Virus record (IMG/VR): IMGVR_UViG_3300043640_000419
Location: 1-61,083 of that record
Direction: 5' to 3' (one strand)
Source of the DNA: a virus
Lineage: Duplodnaviria; Caudoviricetes
DNA: 61,083 nt
Shown: positions 47,702 through 57,247 of the stretch, in pieces
How positions within the stretch are numbered: position 1 is the stretch's first letter
Layout: the number at the start of each line of letters is the position of its first letter
Made by a program: the position numbers and the translations under genes
The notes under the pieces: model-generated
The model's input: the letters and a program-made list of their open reading frames with translations, nothing else
What the model was told of the DNA's origin: nothing
The model's database searches: none

Positions 47702-47941
47702 ATGAGCGACGTCGAGAAAAAGCTTATTGAGGCCCTCATCAGTCAGTTCGGGGGCGACGTGAAAATGATCACCGCGACTACCCGCTTTCAGGAAGACTTG
47801 AATGCCGACAGCCTCGAGGTGGTCGAGATGATCATGTCGGTTGAAGAGATGTTCAGTATCGAGGTACCGGACGATGCAGCGGAAAAGCTGCGGACTGTCG
47901 GCGACCTCGTCGCCTATATTGAGACCAGGCAGCGAGGCTGA
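47702..47941 (+). CDS. acpP: acyl carrier protein
   Basis: FQEDLNADSLEVVEMIMSVEEMFSIEVPDDAAEKLRTVGD with the phosphopantetheine Ser in DSL. Confidence 0.95.
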   Translation: MSDVEKKLIEALISQFGGDVKMITATTRFQEDLNADSLEVVEMIMSVEEMFSIEVPDDAAEKLRTVGDLVAYIETRQRG

Positions 47942-47949
47942 GAGCGAAG

Positions 47950-48430
47950 GGTGCTCATTGCCGCTACCATCGTCTGCCGCTTCCGCCGTCGAGCTGGGCG
48001 CTGCCTCTGCGAGAATGGCGCTGCATTCAGAGGTCCAGAAGGTCACCGCCTCGCTGAGCTTGCCTTTAGCCATGGTGATGTCAGGCTCCGGCCAGGAGGA
48101 AACAAAATGGCAGTTCGGGCGAAGCTCTTTGAAGTTGCAACGCAGTGCACCGCGCATAGCGGTGAAGTCATCGAAATCGGGGGATATCAGGGAACCGAAA
48201 GCGGACGTCCCGATCTGAATGCGCGACAGGGTCGAGACAACCCGCTTTACACGCTCGAACATCCGCGCGGACTGGCGATCGATGTGACGGACCTGGTGAA
48301 GAGCGGCGCCATAGTCGTTCACTAGGTCTCTCGCGACCGGCGTGTCCCACCATCTGGCGACAAGGTTGAGCAGGGTGGCCGTGCATTCGTCGGTCGAGCG
48401 CGACGGTCGCGGGCGCGACGCCACCCTCAT
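47950..48430 (-). CDS. hypothetical protein; 3' end uncertain (frame runs on antisense through acpP to 47471)
   Basis: ATGA-coupled start at 48430. Confidence 0.4.
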
Positions 48431-48639
48431 CGGTCGGCACGATCGTCTCGAATCACGCCGCCACCCTCGACCTCGCGGCCGGTGACGCGAGGGAAGCGCC
48501 ATCCGAGAGCGAGCATCGGCGCGAGATCGTAGCCAATCGCCACCACGATCAGGTCACGACCGCCAAATTGACCGCCTTCGACGAAGACCGGCATCAGATA
48601 GGGATCGCGGTGCATGGGGATGTGGCGCATCGTGCTCAT
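48427..48639 (-). CDS. hypothetical protein
   Basis: ATGA-coupled to dnaB. Confidence 0.6.
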   Translation of the reverse strand: MSTMRHIPMHRDPYLMPVFVEGGQFGGRDLIVVAIGYDLAPMLALGWRFPRVTGREVEGGGVIRDDRADR

Positions 48640-50045
48640 GTCATCGTGTCCATCGACGCACCGTCCGAGCCGGCGTCGCTGAATTTCGTTCGGGCACCGT
48701 CGAACCGCATTGGCACCGTCCCCGTGGCCCCGTGGCGGTGCTTCGCGATGATCACCTCGGCATTGCCCATGGCATCCAAGTGCGCCTGGCTGCCCTTCTT
48801 GGCGCTGCGCTCCAGGTAATATTCCTCGCGGTAGACGAAGAGCACGACGTCGGCATCCTGCTCGATCGATCCCGAGTCGCGCAGGTCGGAGAGTTGCGGC
48901 CGCTTGTCGGGGCGCTGCTCGACCTGCCGTGACAGCTGGCTGAGGACGAGCACCGGCACGTCGAGGTCCTTTGCCAGCGCCTTCAGCCCGCGCGTGATCT
49001 CCGACATTTCCTGGACGCGGCCATCCCGCCGGCTCGACCCGTCAAGCATCTGGAGATAGTCGACGACGACCAGGCCAACGCCGTAGCGGTGTTTCATACG
49101 GCGGGCGCGGGCGCGCAGCCCCGCGATCGTATGCGTCGCGGCGTCATCGATGACGATGGGGGTGTGCTCGCGCGCACTGGCGGCATTCAGCAGCTTGTCG
49201 AACTCGAGCGCGAGGAAGTGGCCATCCCTCATTCGCTTGAGCGGGATGCCGGTTTGATCAGCCATGATCCGGGAGCCGAGCTGTTCGGCGGACATCTCGA
49301 GCGAGAAGAAGCCCACACCAGCGCCGGCGGTCGCCATGGGCTTGCCGGCGACGATTTCCTCGCGATAGGCCATTGCCATGTTCATGGCGATGTTGGTCGC
49401 CAGCGCCGTCTTTCCCATCGAAGGCCGGCCGGCCAGGATGATCAGGTCGGAACGGTGCAGTCCGCCGAGCTGGGCATCGAGGCCAATGTATCCCGTCGAG
49501 ATGCCGCTGGGCGCACTGCCGCGCTGGTAAGCTGCCTCGGCCGAGCTCACGACGTTTCGGAGCACGTCGCGGAATACCTTAGCCTCTGCCTTGATGGCGC
49601 CGCTGCCGGCAAGCTCGAAAAGCCGCTGCTCCAGCCCTTCGATCTGCGCGCCGGCGGTTTCGTCGGCCATCATGTTCGCATCGTCGATCGCCGCCTGCGC
49701 GATCTCGATCAGCTTCCGGCGCTGATAGGCGTCCAGCACCAGACGGGCATACTGCTCGGCATCGACCGCATGCACCGATGCCATCGCGAGCTGCGCCATA
49801 TAGGCCGCCCCGCCGACGGCGAGCAGATCCGGGTCCTGGTCGACGTCTGCTTTGAGGGTGACTGCCGTCACAGCCTCACCGCGGTCTATCATCCTCGCCT
49901 GCGCATCGAACAGCCGGCCGTGCAGCGGGTCGGAAAAGTGCGCTGCCTTCAGGAAGTCGGCGACGCGGTGATAGGCCCCGTTGTTGACCAGGATCGAGCC
50001 CAGCAGCCCCTGCTCGGCTTCGAAGTTGTGCGGAAGCTCGCGCAT
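48636..50045 (-). CDS. dnaB: replicative DNA helicase
   Basis: GRPSMGKT, FSLEMS, VVDYLQ, LSQLSR, DLRDSGSIEQDAD. Confidence 0.97.
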   Translation of the reverse strand: MRELPHNFEAEQGLLGSILVNNGAYHRVADFLKAAHFSDPLHGRLFDAQARMIDRGEAVTAVTLKADVDQDPDLLAVGGAAYMAQLAMASVHAVDAEQYARLVLDAYQRRKLIEIAQAAIDDANMMADETAGAQIEGLEQRLFELAGSGAIKAEAKVFRDVLRNVVSSAEAAYQRGSAPSGISTGYIGLDAQLGGLHRSDLIILAGRPSMGKTALATNIAMNMAMAYREEIVAGKPMATAGAGVGFFSLEMSAEQLGSRIMADQTGIPLKRMRDGHFLALEFDKLLNAASAREHTPIVIDDAATHTIAGLRARARRMKHRYGVGLVVVDYLQMLDGSSRRDGRVQEMSEITRGLKALAKDLDVPVLVLSQLSRQVEQRPDKRPQLSDLRDSGSIEQDADVVLFVYREEYYLERSAKKGSQAHLDAMGNAEVIIAKHRHGATGTVPMRFDGARTKFSDAGSDGASMDTMT

Positions 50046-50047
50046 GG

Positions 50048-50602
50048 TCAGACCGCCGCCTTTGGCAGCGTGCCGACTGCTCGCATCAGCTCGACCCGCA
50101 GCACCCTACGCGGCTGCATGGCCCACTCGCAGTACGGCAGGATCTCCGCGATGGCCGGCCACCACGGCGACGTCTCCAGCCATTTCTCGCATGCAGCGGC
50201 GACGGCATCGGCGGGATAGTTCGCCAGCTTCTCGGCATAGACGATCAGCATCAGCTTCGCGTCCTGCGCCACGGTCTGTTGCTGCCGGGTCGATACCCTC
50301 ATGCGCATCGTCGCCGCCAGACAAGCTTCCGGGCCGCCCGCCTTCAGGCTCGCCTCAACCACCCGCAGCCCCGCCGCCAGGTCCTCTTGGGATGGCGCGG
50401 CGGCGGTCGGGTTGAATCTGATTTCCATCATGTTCAACCCGAGCAACTGATCGGCGTCGAACTCCGGCGTGTATGGCCGGAACGTGAGAGCTGTTGCAAT
50501 GGACCGCGGCAGGCTTGCCGCGAACGCTGCCGGCAGACCATGCGTTTTGAGGTGTGCGACGAGGCTTTCGGGCGCCGCCGTCTTCACGATTTCACTGCCC
50601 AT
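50048..50602 (-). CDS. putative helicase loader
   Basis: YPADAVAAAC..W...WWPAIAEI; between the initiator and dnaB. Confidence 0.6.
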   Translation of the reverse strand: MGSEIVKTAAPESLVAHLKTHGLPAAFAASLPRSIATALTFRPYTPEFDADQLLGLNMMEIRFNPTAAAPSQEDLAAGLRVVEASLKAGGPEACLAATMRMRVSTRQQQTVAQDAKLMLIVYAEKLANYPADAVAAACEKWLETSPWWPAIAEILPYCEWAMQPRRVLRVELMRAVGTLPKAAV

Positions 50603-51677
50603 TTGGTTGTCCCCTCTCACGGAAAATCTGCATGACGTCGGCCACCTCGGCCGCTTTGCTGACGGCGGCCGGTGGCGATCGCGCCTTCATGCCGTCGTCG
50701 TAATTTCCATCGGCGCATTTGCGGAAGTTGGCGGTCTTCGAGAACCAATCCAGGTTGAAGCCGCGCATTTCCTCGCGCACGAAGTTGGATGCTTCGGCCT
50801 TGGCCAGGACCGCCAGCCAGCACCCGATACCACCTGCATCCCCGATCCTTCGCCGCAGTGCCTTGCGGCGATCGGCATCGAACTGTTTCGGCACAGGCCA
50901 CCTGCCGACGCGACGGGCTGCTTCGCACCAGGCGTCGAAGGCGATCACCTCAGGCGAGCGTCCGCTGTTGTCGACCAGCAACACCGTTTGCGCATCGCAA
51001 GCGGCGCCAGCCGCGATAGTGGTTCCAGTATGGTTCTTACTTACCTCATGGAGAGAGCTTGAAGACAGAAAGACTGAAGAAGGCGCGGTTTTGCCGGATG
51101 GGTTGCCGATGTCTTTGCTGTCTCCGTTGATGGCCGTTTGCCGACTAGCTTCTGATTGTTCGCCCCCGATTTCCCTTTTGTCTTCGTCACTTAGACCAGC
51201 TTCACTGTCACCAGATTTGCCGCCACCGTTGCCGCCACCGTTGCCGCCACCGTTGCCGCCACCGTTGCTGGGGTGTTTGCCGGACTTTTGCCGCTGGCTG
51301 TTTGTGGCGTCGGCGCCGCGTTTTCCCGCCTCGGACCGGGCGTTCGAGATGCCGGCTTCGCGCACCATCCGCCGGCAGAACACGCGACCCTGAGCGTCGA
51401 CTTCGGCCACTTCGAATTGGATCAGGGCGTCGAGCAGCGCGGTGCATTCCTCGATCGAGATCCTGCAGAGGCCTGCGAACAGCGCGGGCAGATCCTCGCG
51501 CTTCGACGGGTGCGCCCCGATCAGAACCACGCCGTGCTCTGGCGAGCGCGCCGCGGCGCCGATCATGCGCAGCCACAACGCCTCGGCCGCGAGCGGGCAG
51601 TACTTCAAGCCGGGCTCGGCTTCCCAATCGTTGAAGAAGAAGAGCAGGCTCGGGTTTTTGCGGTTCCTGTCAGCCAC
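50592..51677 (-). CDS. replication initiator
   Basis: FFFNDW...LWLRM...CRRMVRE...RSEAGKRG; C-terminal FNLDW...NF.K..DGNY; internal iterons. Confidence 0.8.
   Translation of the reverse strand: MADRNRKNPSLLFFFNDWEAEPGLKYCPLAAEALWLRMIGAAARSPEHGVVLIGAHPSKREDLPALFAGLCRISIEECTALLDALIQFEVAEVDAQGRVFCRRMVREAGISNARSEAGKRGADATNSQRQKSGKHPSNGGGNGGGNGGGNGGGKSGDSEAGLSDEDKREIGGEQSEASRQTAINGDSKDIGNPSGKTAPSSVFLSSSSLHEVSKNHTGTTIAAGAACDAQTVLLVDNSGRSPEVIAFDAWCEAARRVGRWPVPKQFDADRRKALRRRIGDAGGIGCWLAVLAKAEASNFVREEMRGFNLDWFSKTANFRKCADGNYDDGMKARSPPAAVSKAAEVADVMQIFRERGQPNGQ
51217..51264. repeat. four 12-bp tandem repeats, putative phage ori iterons
   Basis: TTGCCGCCACCG x4, with further TTGCCG motifs between ~51090 and 51295. 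Confidence 0.75.
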
Positions 51678-51990
51678 CGAGCCTCACCGCGAAGTCGTCG
51701 ACCAGCTGCCGGGCTATATCGCCGACGCGCCGCCAGTTGCATCTGGGATCGAGCTCGGCAAGCTCGCGCGTGAGCGCCTCTCGGCGGGCTTCCAGGCCGC
51801 GCCGGACCACGGCGTCATCGGGCAGGCCGGCCAGCATGGTGCTGACCGATCGAAGGTTCTCCTTCACATTTCTTGCACGCACCGCCGACACGGGAATTCC
51901 CGCGTCGACCGATATCGGTATACCGACATCGGGATTTCCGACGTCCGGCGCGGTCGTGATTCCGACCTCGTGACCTGCGTTGTCGGTCAT
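51670..51990 (-). CDS. hypothetical protein
   Basis: Coupled; ends WRRVGDIARQLV. Confidence 0.65.
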   Translation of the reverse strand: MTDNAGHEVGITTAPDVGNPDVGIPISVDAGIPVSAVRARNVKENLRSVSTMLAGLPDDAVVRRGLEARREALTRELAELDPRCNWRRVGDIARQLVDDFAVRLGG

Positions 51991-52961
51991 GCTGCCTTCC
52001 TTGCTGATGTGCGCTCGAAAGCGCGGCGCAGGCGCTTCTCCATCGCGGCCTCGATCGGGCCGCCGCCCTTGGCGCGATCGGCTCGAGCTGCCTGCTCAGT
52101 TGCTTCAAGGTCGATCGCCTTCAGCGTCTTCAGCCAGACCGGCCGGTCGAACTGTTGACCATCGTCATGGATGACCTTCGTCAGCGCGCCGACGGTGGCG
52201 GGACGAAAGGCATCGCCGACGCCGCCCTGTGCTTCGCCGATCAACAGCAGCGCGGCCAGGATGGCCACATCGCCGTACAGAGTGGCGCGCTCCAGGCTCG
52301 TGACGCAGGCCAGCACCATCGGCGGCAATTCCTTCGTCTTCGACTTTGATATCTGGACGTTGGCCTTGTCGCACAGCGCCTTGATGCGGGTCGCCATCGG
52401 CTCGCCGGCCGCGAGACTCGCCCAGAACCGATGCAGTGGACTGACACCGATGCGCGCGCTGTTCAGCGCCTTGAAGGCCTTGGCTTGATCCTCGATGCTG
52501 TCCGCGTCGACTATCCAGCACGGCAGCGTGTCGATCGAGGGATGCCTCTTCGCCGCCTCGAAGCGATGCTGGCCGTCAATGATCGTGAAGCGATCGCCAT
52601 CGACCCTGGCGACGCACAACGGTTGACAGAAGCCCCACCTGAACTCGCGCGCGATTCGATTGATGTGCGCCCGGTTCGTCGCGCCCAGCTCACGCTGGTA
52701 GCGGTGGTCAACCGCCAGCTTTTCGAGGGGCACCCAAAGCAGCTCGGGTTTAGGGCCGGGCTCGACCGCAGGCTTGACCTTCTCCGGTGCCTCCGGCTGG
52801 CTATCCTCGAAGCCGCCCTCCCACCAGCCGGATTCCCATTCTTCGCCCATGGGAGTTCCGCCGGTAAAGGGCGATGCCGTGATCGGCTTGCCTTCGACCT
52901 TGGCCCGTCGCCCCTCGTTGCAGGCGGAGACCAGGCGCGCTTGGTAGGCGGCGTCGAGCAT
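51987..52961 (-). CDS. ParB N-terminal-like (DUF6551-like) protein
   Basis: VDHRYQR, IIDGQHRFEAA. Confidence 0.8.
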   Translation of the reverse strand: MLDAAYQARLVSACNEGRRAKVEGKPITASPFTGGTPMGEEWESGWWEGGFEDSQPEAPEKVKPAVEPGPKPELLWVPLEKLAVDHRYQRELGATNRAHINRIAREFRWGFCQPLCVARVDGDRFTIIDGQHRFEAAKRHPSIDTLPCWIVDADSIEDQAKAFKALNSARIGVSPLHRFWASLAAGEPMATRIKALCDKANVQISKSKTKELPPMVLACVTSLERATLYGDVAILAALLLIGEAQGGVGDAFRPATVGALTKVIHDDGQQFDRPVWLKTLKAIDLEATEQAARADRAKGGGPIEAAMEKRLRRAFERTSARKAA

Positions 52962-53002
52962 CGTTGCGTGCCTCGCTGTTCAGTTCGGCAGATCAGCGGT
53001 CG

Positions 53003-53443
53003 TCAGTCCGCGTTGTCGGAAGGCAACCAGCTTTCGTGTGCGCCCAGCGGCCGATCGCCAGCAGCCTCTTGTCGAGCAGATCCAGCCGCTCGCTCAGCCG
53101 CACACAGAGATCCCCGAGGCGCTTGTAGAAGGGCGCGAAGTTCATGACGTTCTTTCCGGCGCTGCTCGGCGCGCTGTTGACGGGCTTCGTACAGATCCTC
53201 GAGCTGGCGCATTTCCTGCACCTTGATGATGCGGGCCTCGCCGTTGAACACGGCGCGCACCCGTCTCTCCCGCCACTGCAGGATGCGCGCGACATGGGCG
53301 AACCAAGCCTTTCGGTTGTGTCCGAGCTGCGGCGGGACGGCGGCCCACAACAGTTGCCGGGCTTCAGCTTCGACACTCACGCTTTTCTCCTTGGCTGATC
53401 CAGCCAACCTCTTGGTCATGCTTGCCCTCATGTTCGAAAACAT
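53003..53443 (-). CDS. CII-like/HTH hypothetical protein
   Basis: VARILQWRERRVRAVFNGEAR; downstream of cro; start uncertain. Confidence 0.6.
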   Translation of the reverse strand: MFSNMRASMTKRLAGSAKEKSVSVEAEARQLLWAAVPPQLGHNRKAWFAHVARILQWRERRVRAVFNGEARIIKVQEMRQLEDLYEARQQRAEQRRKERHELRALLQAPRGSLCAAERAAGSARQEAAGDRPLGAHESWLPSDNAD

Positions 53444-53736
53444 GAAGACGAAGCGAACTACCGATGCGACCACAACCACCCCGAGCCGCAGTGCCGCCAA
53501 GCAAGAGCGGCCGGGGGGAAGATTTCAGACCGTGCTGCGCACCGACGCGCGCCAGCACGACCAGCGCCGCGGCATCGACCAGCGGCGGGACCTCAAGCTC
53601 CGCGCGGTCGGCCCGCGCCATCCGATCTGGGGCCTGCTGCATTGAGGGCGAATGAGAGCGGCCGCGCTCGGACTCGACGCCCAAAGCGCGGCCGTCCACC
53701 ATGGAAGGTGCCAGCCAACCATGGAGGAGATCATTC

Positions 53737-54039
53737 ATGCCGCCGCCCCTTCGGATTGAGCTTGTCGGCATCCCCTGGTTCTGGCGCGAGGACTGGCCGA
53801 ACCTGCGGGCAATGTTCGTCGATACCGAGGTCCTTCACGCCAAGTGGGACGACTGGCACCGTGCTGCCATCGATCTGGAATACAAGCTCAAGCAGGGCGG
53901 GAAGCGTGTCGTGCGGGCAGAGATACGCCCAGAGCCTTTCGCCGCGTGGTGCGCCGCTCTCCGCATCCGCGCCGATGCTGATGCCCGCGCCCGATGGGCC
54001 AGCGAGGTCGCGGTGCGCGAAAGCCGACAGCAACACTGA
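53737..54039 (+). CDS. hypothetical moron protein, homolog of 3516-3794
   Basis: GGAGGAG RBS; GIPWFWREDW...FAAWC; opposite to the operon. Confidence 0.75.
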   Translation: MPPPLRIELVGIPWFWREDWPNLRAMFVDTEVLHAKWDDWHRAAIDLEYKLKQGGKRVVRAEIRPEPFAAWCAALRIRADADARARWASEVAVRESRQQH

Positions 54040-54196
54040 GGCGTGCTGCACGTCGGCGGCGAGCATGGTCCGCGCTTCCATCAGCGCACCATCCAGCAGA
54101 GCTGGAGCGCCAGTGCCGGCGAAAGAGTCCAGCACCCAATGCGGGACGCGCCGCGCGGCACCGGCGGCCAGGCGTCAGGATATTCGATGGAGGGCA

Positions 54197-54448
54197 TCAG
54201 ACTCGGGCCTCCGTCGAACGTGGCGGCCGTGCTAGGCGTCGCTTCACGGTTGGGGCTTCAAAAAGGTCGGGGCGCAGATCGTGCCGCGCCACCTTCCCGC
54301 CAGTAGCTTCCTCGATCGCTCGGCAGATGTCGGCAGGGACCTTCTCCCGTAGCAGCCATACGGCTACGTGCCCTTGTCGCTTACCGATCAGCTTGGCGAG
54401 GGCAGTTTGCCCTCCTACGATTTTGCAGGCAGTTCGCAGAGCGCTCAT
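54197..54448 (-). CDS. cro: Cro-like repressor (YdaS-like)
   Basis: GGQTALAKLIG..QGHVAVW...IEEATGGKVARHDLRPDLF; divergent from cI. Confidence 0.9.
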   Translation of the reverse strand: MSALRTACKIVGGQTALAKLIGKRQGHVAVWLLREKVPADICRAIEEATGGKVARHDLRPDLFEAPTVKRRLARPPRSTEARV

Positions 54449-54463
54449 GACCGCGCCTTTACC

Positions 54464-54499
54464 ACTACTGTTGTTGTATCGTCAACCAACCTCTGTTGT
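54464..54499. promoter_or_regulatory. cI/cro operators
   Basis: ACTAC-N4-GTTGT (54464) and CCAAC-N4-GTTGT (54486); a matching ACAAC-N4-GTAGT sits at 55223. Confidence 0.65.
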
Positions 54500-54524
54500 T
54501 GTGATGTGCTTTAAGGTCATTGCC

Positions 54525-55223
54525 ATGAGTACCCTTGGAGAAAGAGTGGCCGCCGAACGAGAGGCACGCCAGATGACCCAGACTGCGCTCGCCAAGCGCG
54601 TCACCCTCTACGGGTTCAAGATTAGTCAGCAGGGCATAGGGCAGATCGAGAGTCGCGGCGACACAAGACCTAAGTGCATAGTTGAGCTGGCTGCGGCACT
54701 AGAGGTCAATCCGGAGTGGCTCAAGACGGGCAAGGGACTGAAGTTCGCTGGAAACACGCGGCGTATCGAGCAAGATCCAGAAGCAACCGCCGCCGCGATG
54801 CGGGAATTGAGTAGCCGGGGGAGCGTGGCACACCGTGATCTTCCCTTGTGGCGATCAATTGATGGACCAAGTGGGAGTTGGTTGCTCGCGCCCAGTGACG
54901 AGGACTTTGTTCTCCGACCCGAGCCGCTCATCGGCGCACGGGACGGCTTCGCTTGCCGTGTCCTTGGGCGAGGGGCAGAACCGATATATCGGCAGGGCGA
55001 GCTAATTTTCGCCAATCCGTTGCGCACGGTTACCGCAGGCGACGATTGCCTTTTCCTCGGCTCGGCACAACGAGGAGGAATCCATTCCGCCATCATCGGC
55101 CGTGTGGTCGCCTTCCCCGACGATGGATGGCTAATCGACCAATTTGGCAAAGACGACAAGCTCATCAGCCGAAAAGAGTGGCCTACCACCACTCTGGTCG
55201 TTGCAAAGCACAACAAATTTTAA
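54525..55223 (+). CDS. cI: CI-like repressor (XRE HTH plus degenerate S24 domain)
   Basis: MTQTALAK...ISQQGIGQIE...LEVNPEWLKTG; S24-like C-terminus. Confidence 0.9.
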   Translation: MSTLGERVAAEREARQMTQTALAKRVTLYGFKISQQGIGQIESRGDTRPKCIVELAAALEVNPEWLKTGKGLKFAGNTRRIEQDPEATAAAMRELSSRGSVAHRDLPLWRSIDGPSGSWLLAPSDEDFVLRPEPLIGARDGFACRVLGRGAEPIYRQGELIFANPLRTVTAGDDCLFLGSAQRGGIHSAIIGRVVAFPDDGWLIDQFGKDDKLISRKEWPTTTLVVAKHNKF

Positions 55224-55236
55224 CAACACCTGTAGT
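55223..55236. promoter_or_regulatory. operator for the rightward early operon
   Basis: ACAACACCTGTAGT abutting a TTGACT -35-like hexamer. Confidence 0.6.
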
Positions 55237-55290
55237 TGACTGTTGTACAACTGACGCTTAAGAGTCGGCTCACCACCTCGGGAGCCGCCA

Positions 55291-55563
55291 TTGCCGACCG
55301 CCGCCGCTACCATCACCTTCGCCCGCCGCCAACGCGTCCGCACGCTCTACCAGCACAGCGAGACCGCCACGATCGTCGGCAAGGAGCCGGCCCACGTACT
55401 GGACGGCCGCTGGTACATCGTAGCGTGGGATGACGGCGGCGGCGCCTGCATCCACGAGGACATGCTGGCAGCGTCCAACGATCCGCCGTTCAAGGGCCGA
55501 CTGCCGCTGATCCACAAGGTGACCGGTCGGCCAAAGGCTGAATACGCCGGGGTGGTGCAGTGA
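55291..55563 (+). CDS. hypothetical protein
   Basis: GGAG RBS; coupled to the next gene. Confidence 0.65.
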   Translation: MPTAAATITFARRQRVRTLYQHSETATIVGKEPAHVLDGRWYIVAWDDGGGACIHEDMLAASNDPPFKGRLPLIHKVTGRPKAEYAGVVQ

Positions 55564-56375
55564 TGCGCGCGCTCACCCCCGCCACCGAACTGCTCGGCCC
55601 GACCGAGCAGACCATGTCCAGCCGCGAGATCGCGGAGCTGACCGAGAAGCGCCACGACAACGTAATGCGCGACGTCCGCGCCATGTTGGTCGAGCTCCAC
55701 GGCGAAGGAGACCTCCTCAGATTTGAGGGCGTCTACCGCGGGGCCAATGGCGAGGATCGTCCGTGCTTCAATCTTCCGAAGCGCGAGACCCTGATCCTGG
55801 TCTCCGGCTACGATGTCCACCTTCGGGCCAAGATCATCGATCGCTGGCAGCAACTCGAGGTCGAAGTCCAGGCCGCCGCGATCTTCGAAAGCCCAGCGGC
55901 GATGCGAGGCCTGCTGCTGACCTACAGTGAAAAGGTCATCGCCCTGGAGACGCAGGTCGAGGACATGCGCGAGGACGTGGCCGCCCACGAGCGGCTGACC
56001 AAGGCCGATGGCTCCTTGAATGTCACCGAGACCGCGAAGAACCTCGGCATGCGTCCGAAGGACCTGTTCAAGTGGCTGGCGGAGCACGGCTGGACCTACA
56101 AGCGACCGGGCAGCGCTGCGTGGCTGGGCTATGCGGCGAAGTGCAATGACGGCCTGCTCGAGCACAAGACCACGACCGTCACCCGCGCCGACGGCACCGA
56201 GAAGATCACGGAGCAGGTCCGCGTCACGCCGAAGGGCCTTTCGAGGCTGGCGAAGCTGATCAAGCCCACCGCCGTGCTTCTGCCCCTCACGCCGATAACG
56301 ACGAACAAGTCGACCGATAACCACGATTTCAAAGCGAGCCTTGGGGCCGGCTGGAACCCGACCCCAAGGCTCTGA
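55560..56375 (+). CDS. Rha plus KilA-C antirepressor
   Basis: MSSREIAELTEKRHDNVMRD, SGYDVHLRAKIIDRW, QVRVTPKGLSRL. Confidence 0.92.
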   Translation: MMRALTPATELLGPTEQTMSSREIAELTEKRHDNVMRDVRAMLVELHGEGDLLRFEGVYRGANGEDRPCFNLPKRETLILVSGYDVHLRAKIIDRWQQLEVEVQAAAIFESPAAMRGLLLTYSEKVIALETQVEDMREDVAAHERLTKADGSLNVTETAKNLGMRPKDLFKWLAEHGWTYKRPGSAAWLGYAAKCNDGLLEHKTTTVTRADGTEKITEQVRVTPKGLSRLAKLIKPTAVLLPLTPITTNKSTDNHDFKASLGAGWNPTPRL

Positions 56376-56413
56376 CCTCAACGCAGCACTGCTTTCAGCG
56401 GAGACACCACGTC

Positions 56414-57247
56414 ATGGCTACATCAGGACTTACCACCACGGAGCCCGGCGCCAAAGTCATCTACCAGCGCGGCCGCAAGCCCACGCGCGACGGACGCCGC
56501 CCATCCCGCTCGACGACCAAGGTCTCGGCACGCGACGGCGCCGATGCCGACGATGGCCTCGGCAACGGCCGCGCGATGCCGCCAGGCCCCGTGCCCGGGC
56601 CCGCCGGCTTGGCCGGCGGCGTTGCGACGTCGCCCGTCGCTCCCGCGATCGACCTCAACGCCATCAAGCTCGAGGCGATCAGGAAGCACCTGCAGAAGAT
56701 CGACGATCGTTGCTGCTGGCTGAGGATTGCGGCCGACATGATGTGCGACGTGCTGAGCGACATGGAGGACCTGCCGGAGGGCATCCCCCTCAAGCCCTTC
56801 CTCATGAAGCACTTCGAGAAGATGCACTTCGTCTTGAAGTTCGCCGAACCGATGATCGCCGAGGTCGACGAGACGACGCATCGCTCTCTGGACCTTGCCC
56901 ACGAGTTGGCGACGCCGGCCGACGCCATTGATCCCGTGCGCATGCTCTGGCCGGAGCTGCTGGCCGCCGACGCTGCGTATCGCCGCGCCGACGAGGAAGC
57001 GGACCCGGAGGGCCACGCCGCCTTGGAAGAAAAATGGGAGGAGGTCAGCAGCCGCTTCGTGATGCTGCAACCGACCACGGCGGCGGGAATGGCGCTGAAG
57101 CTCAGGTACCTTGCCTACACCAATAGCCACGAACACCCGTCTGCCGCTGGCTACGAGGACACTCGGATCATCCGCGATCTGGTTCGCCAATTGTCGGGCG
57201 ATGCGAACTGGACCGCAACCGGCAAGCTCGCGCCGCAGGAGAAGTGA
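56414..57247 (+). CDS. hypothetical protein
   Basis: GGAG RBS; PTTAAGMALKLR motif. Confidence 0.75.
   Translation: MATSGLTTTEPGAKVIYQRGRKPTRDGRRPSRSTTKVSARDGADADDGLGNGRAMPPGPVPGPAGLAGGVATSPVAPAIDLNAIKLEAIRKHLQKIDDRCCWLRIAADMMCDVLSDMEDLPEGIPLKPFLMKHFEKMHFVLKFAEPMIAEVDETTHRSLDLAHELATPADAIDPVRMLWPELLAADAAYRRADEEADPEGHAALEEKWEEVSSRFVMLQPTTAAGMALKLRYLAYTNSHEHPSAAGYEDTRIIRDLVRQLSGDANWTATGKLAPQEK

Noticed and set aside
47471-47940. Genuine overlapping gene antisense to acpP
   Set aside because: The open frame is most simply run-through from the upstream gene across an inserted cassette
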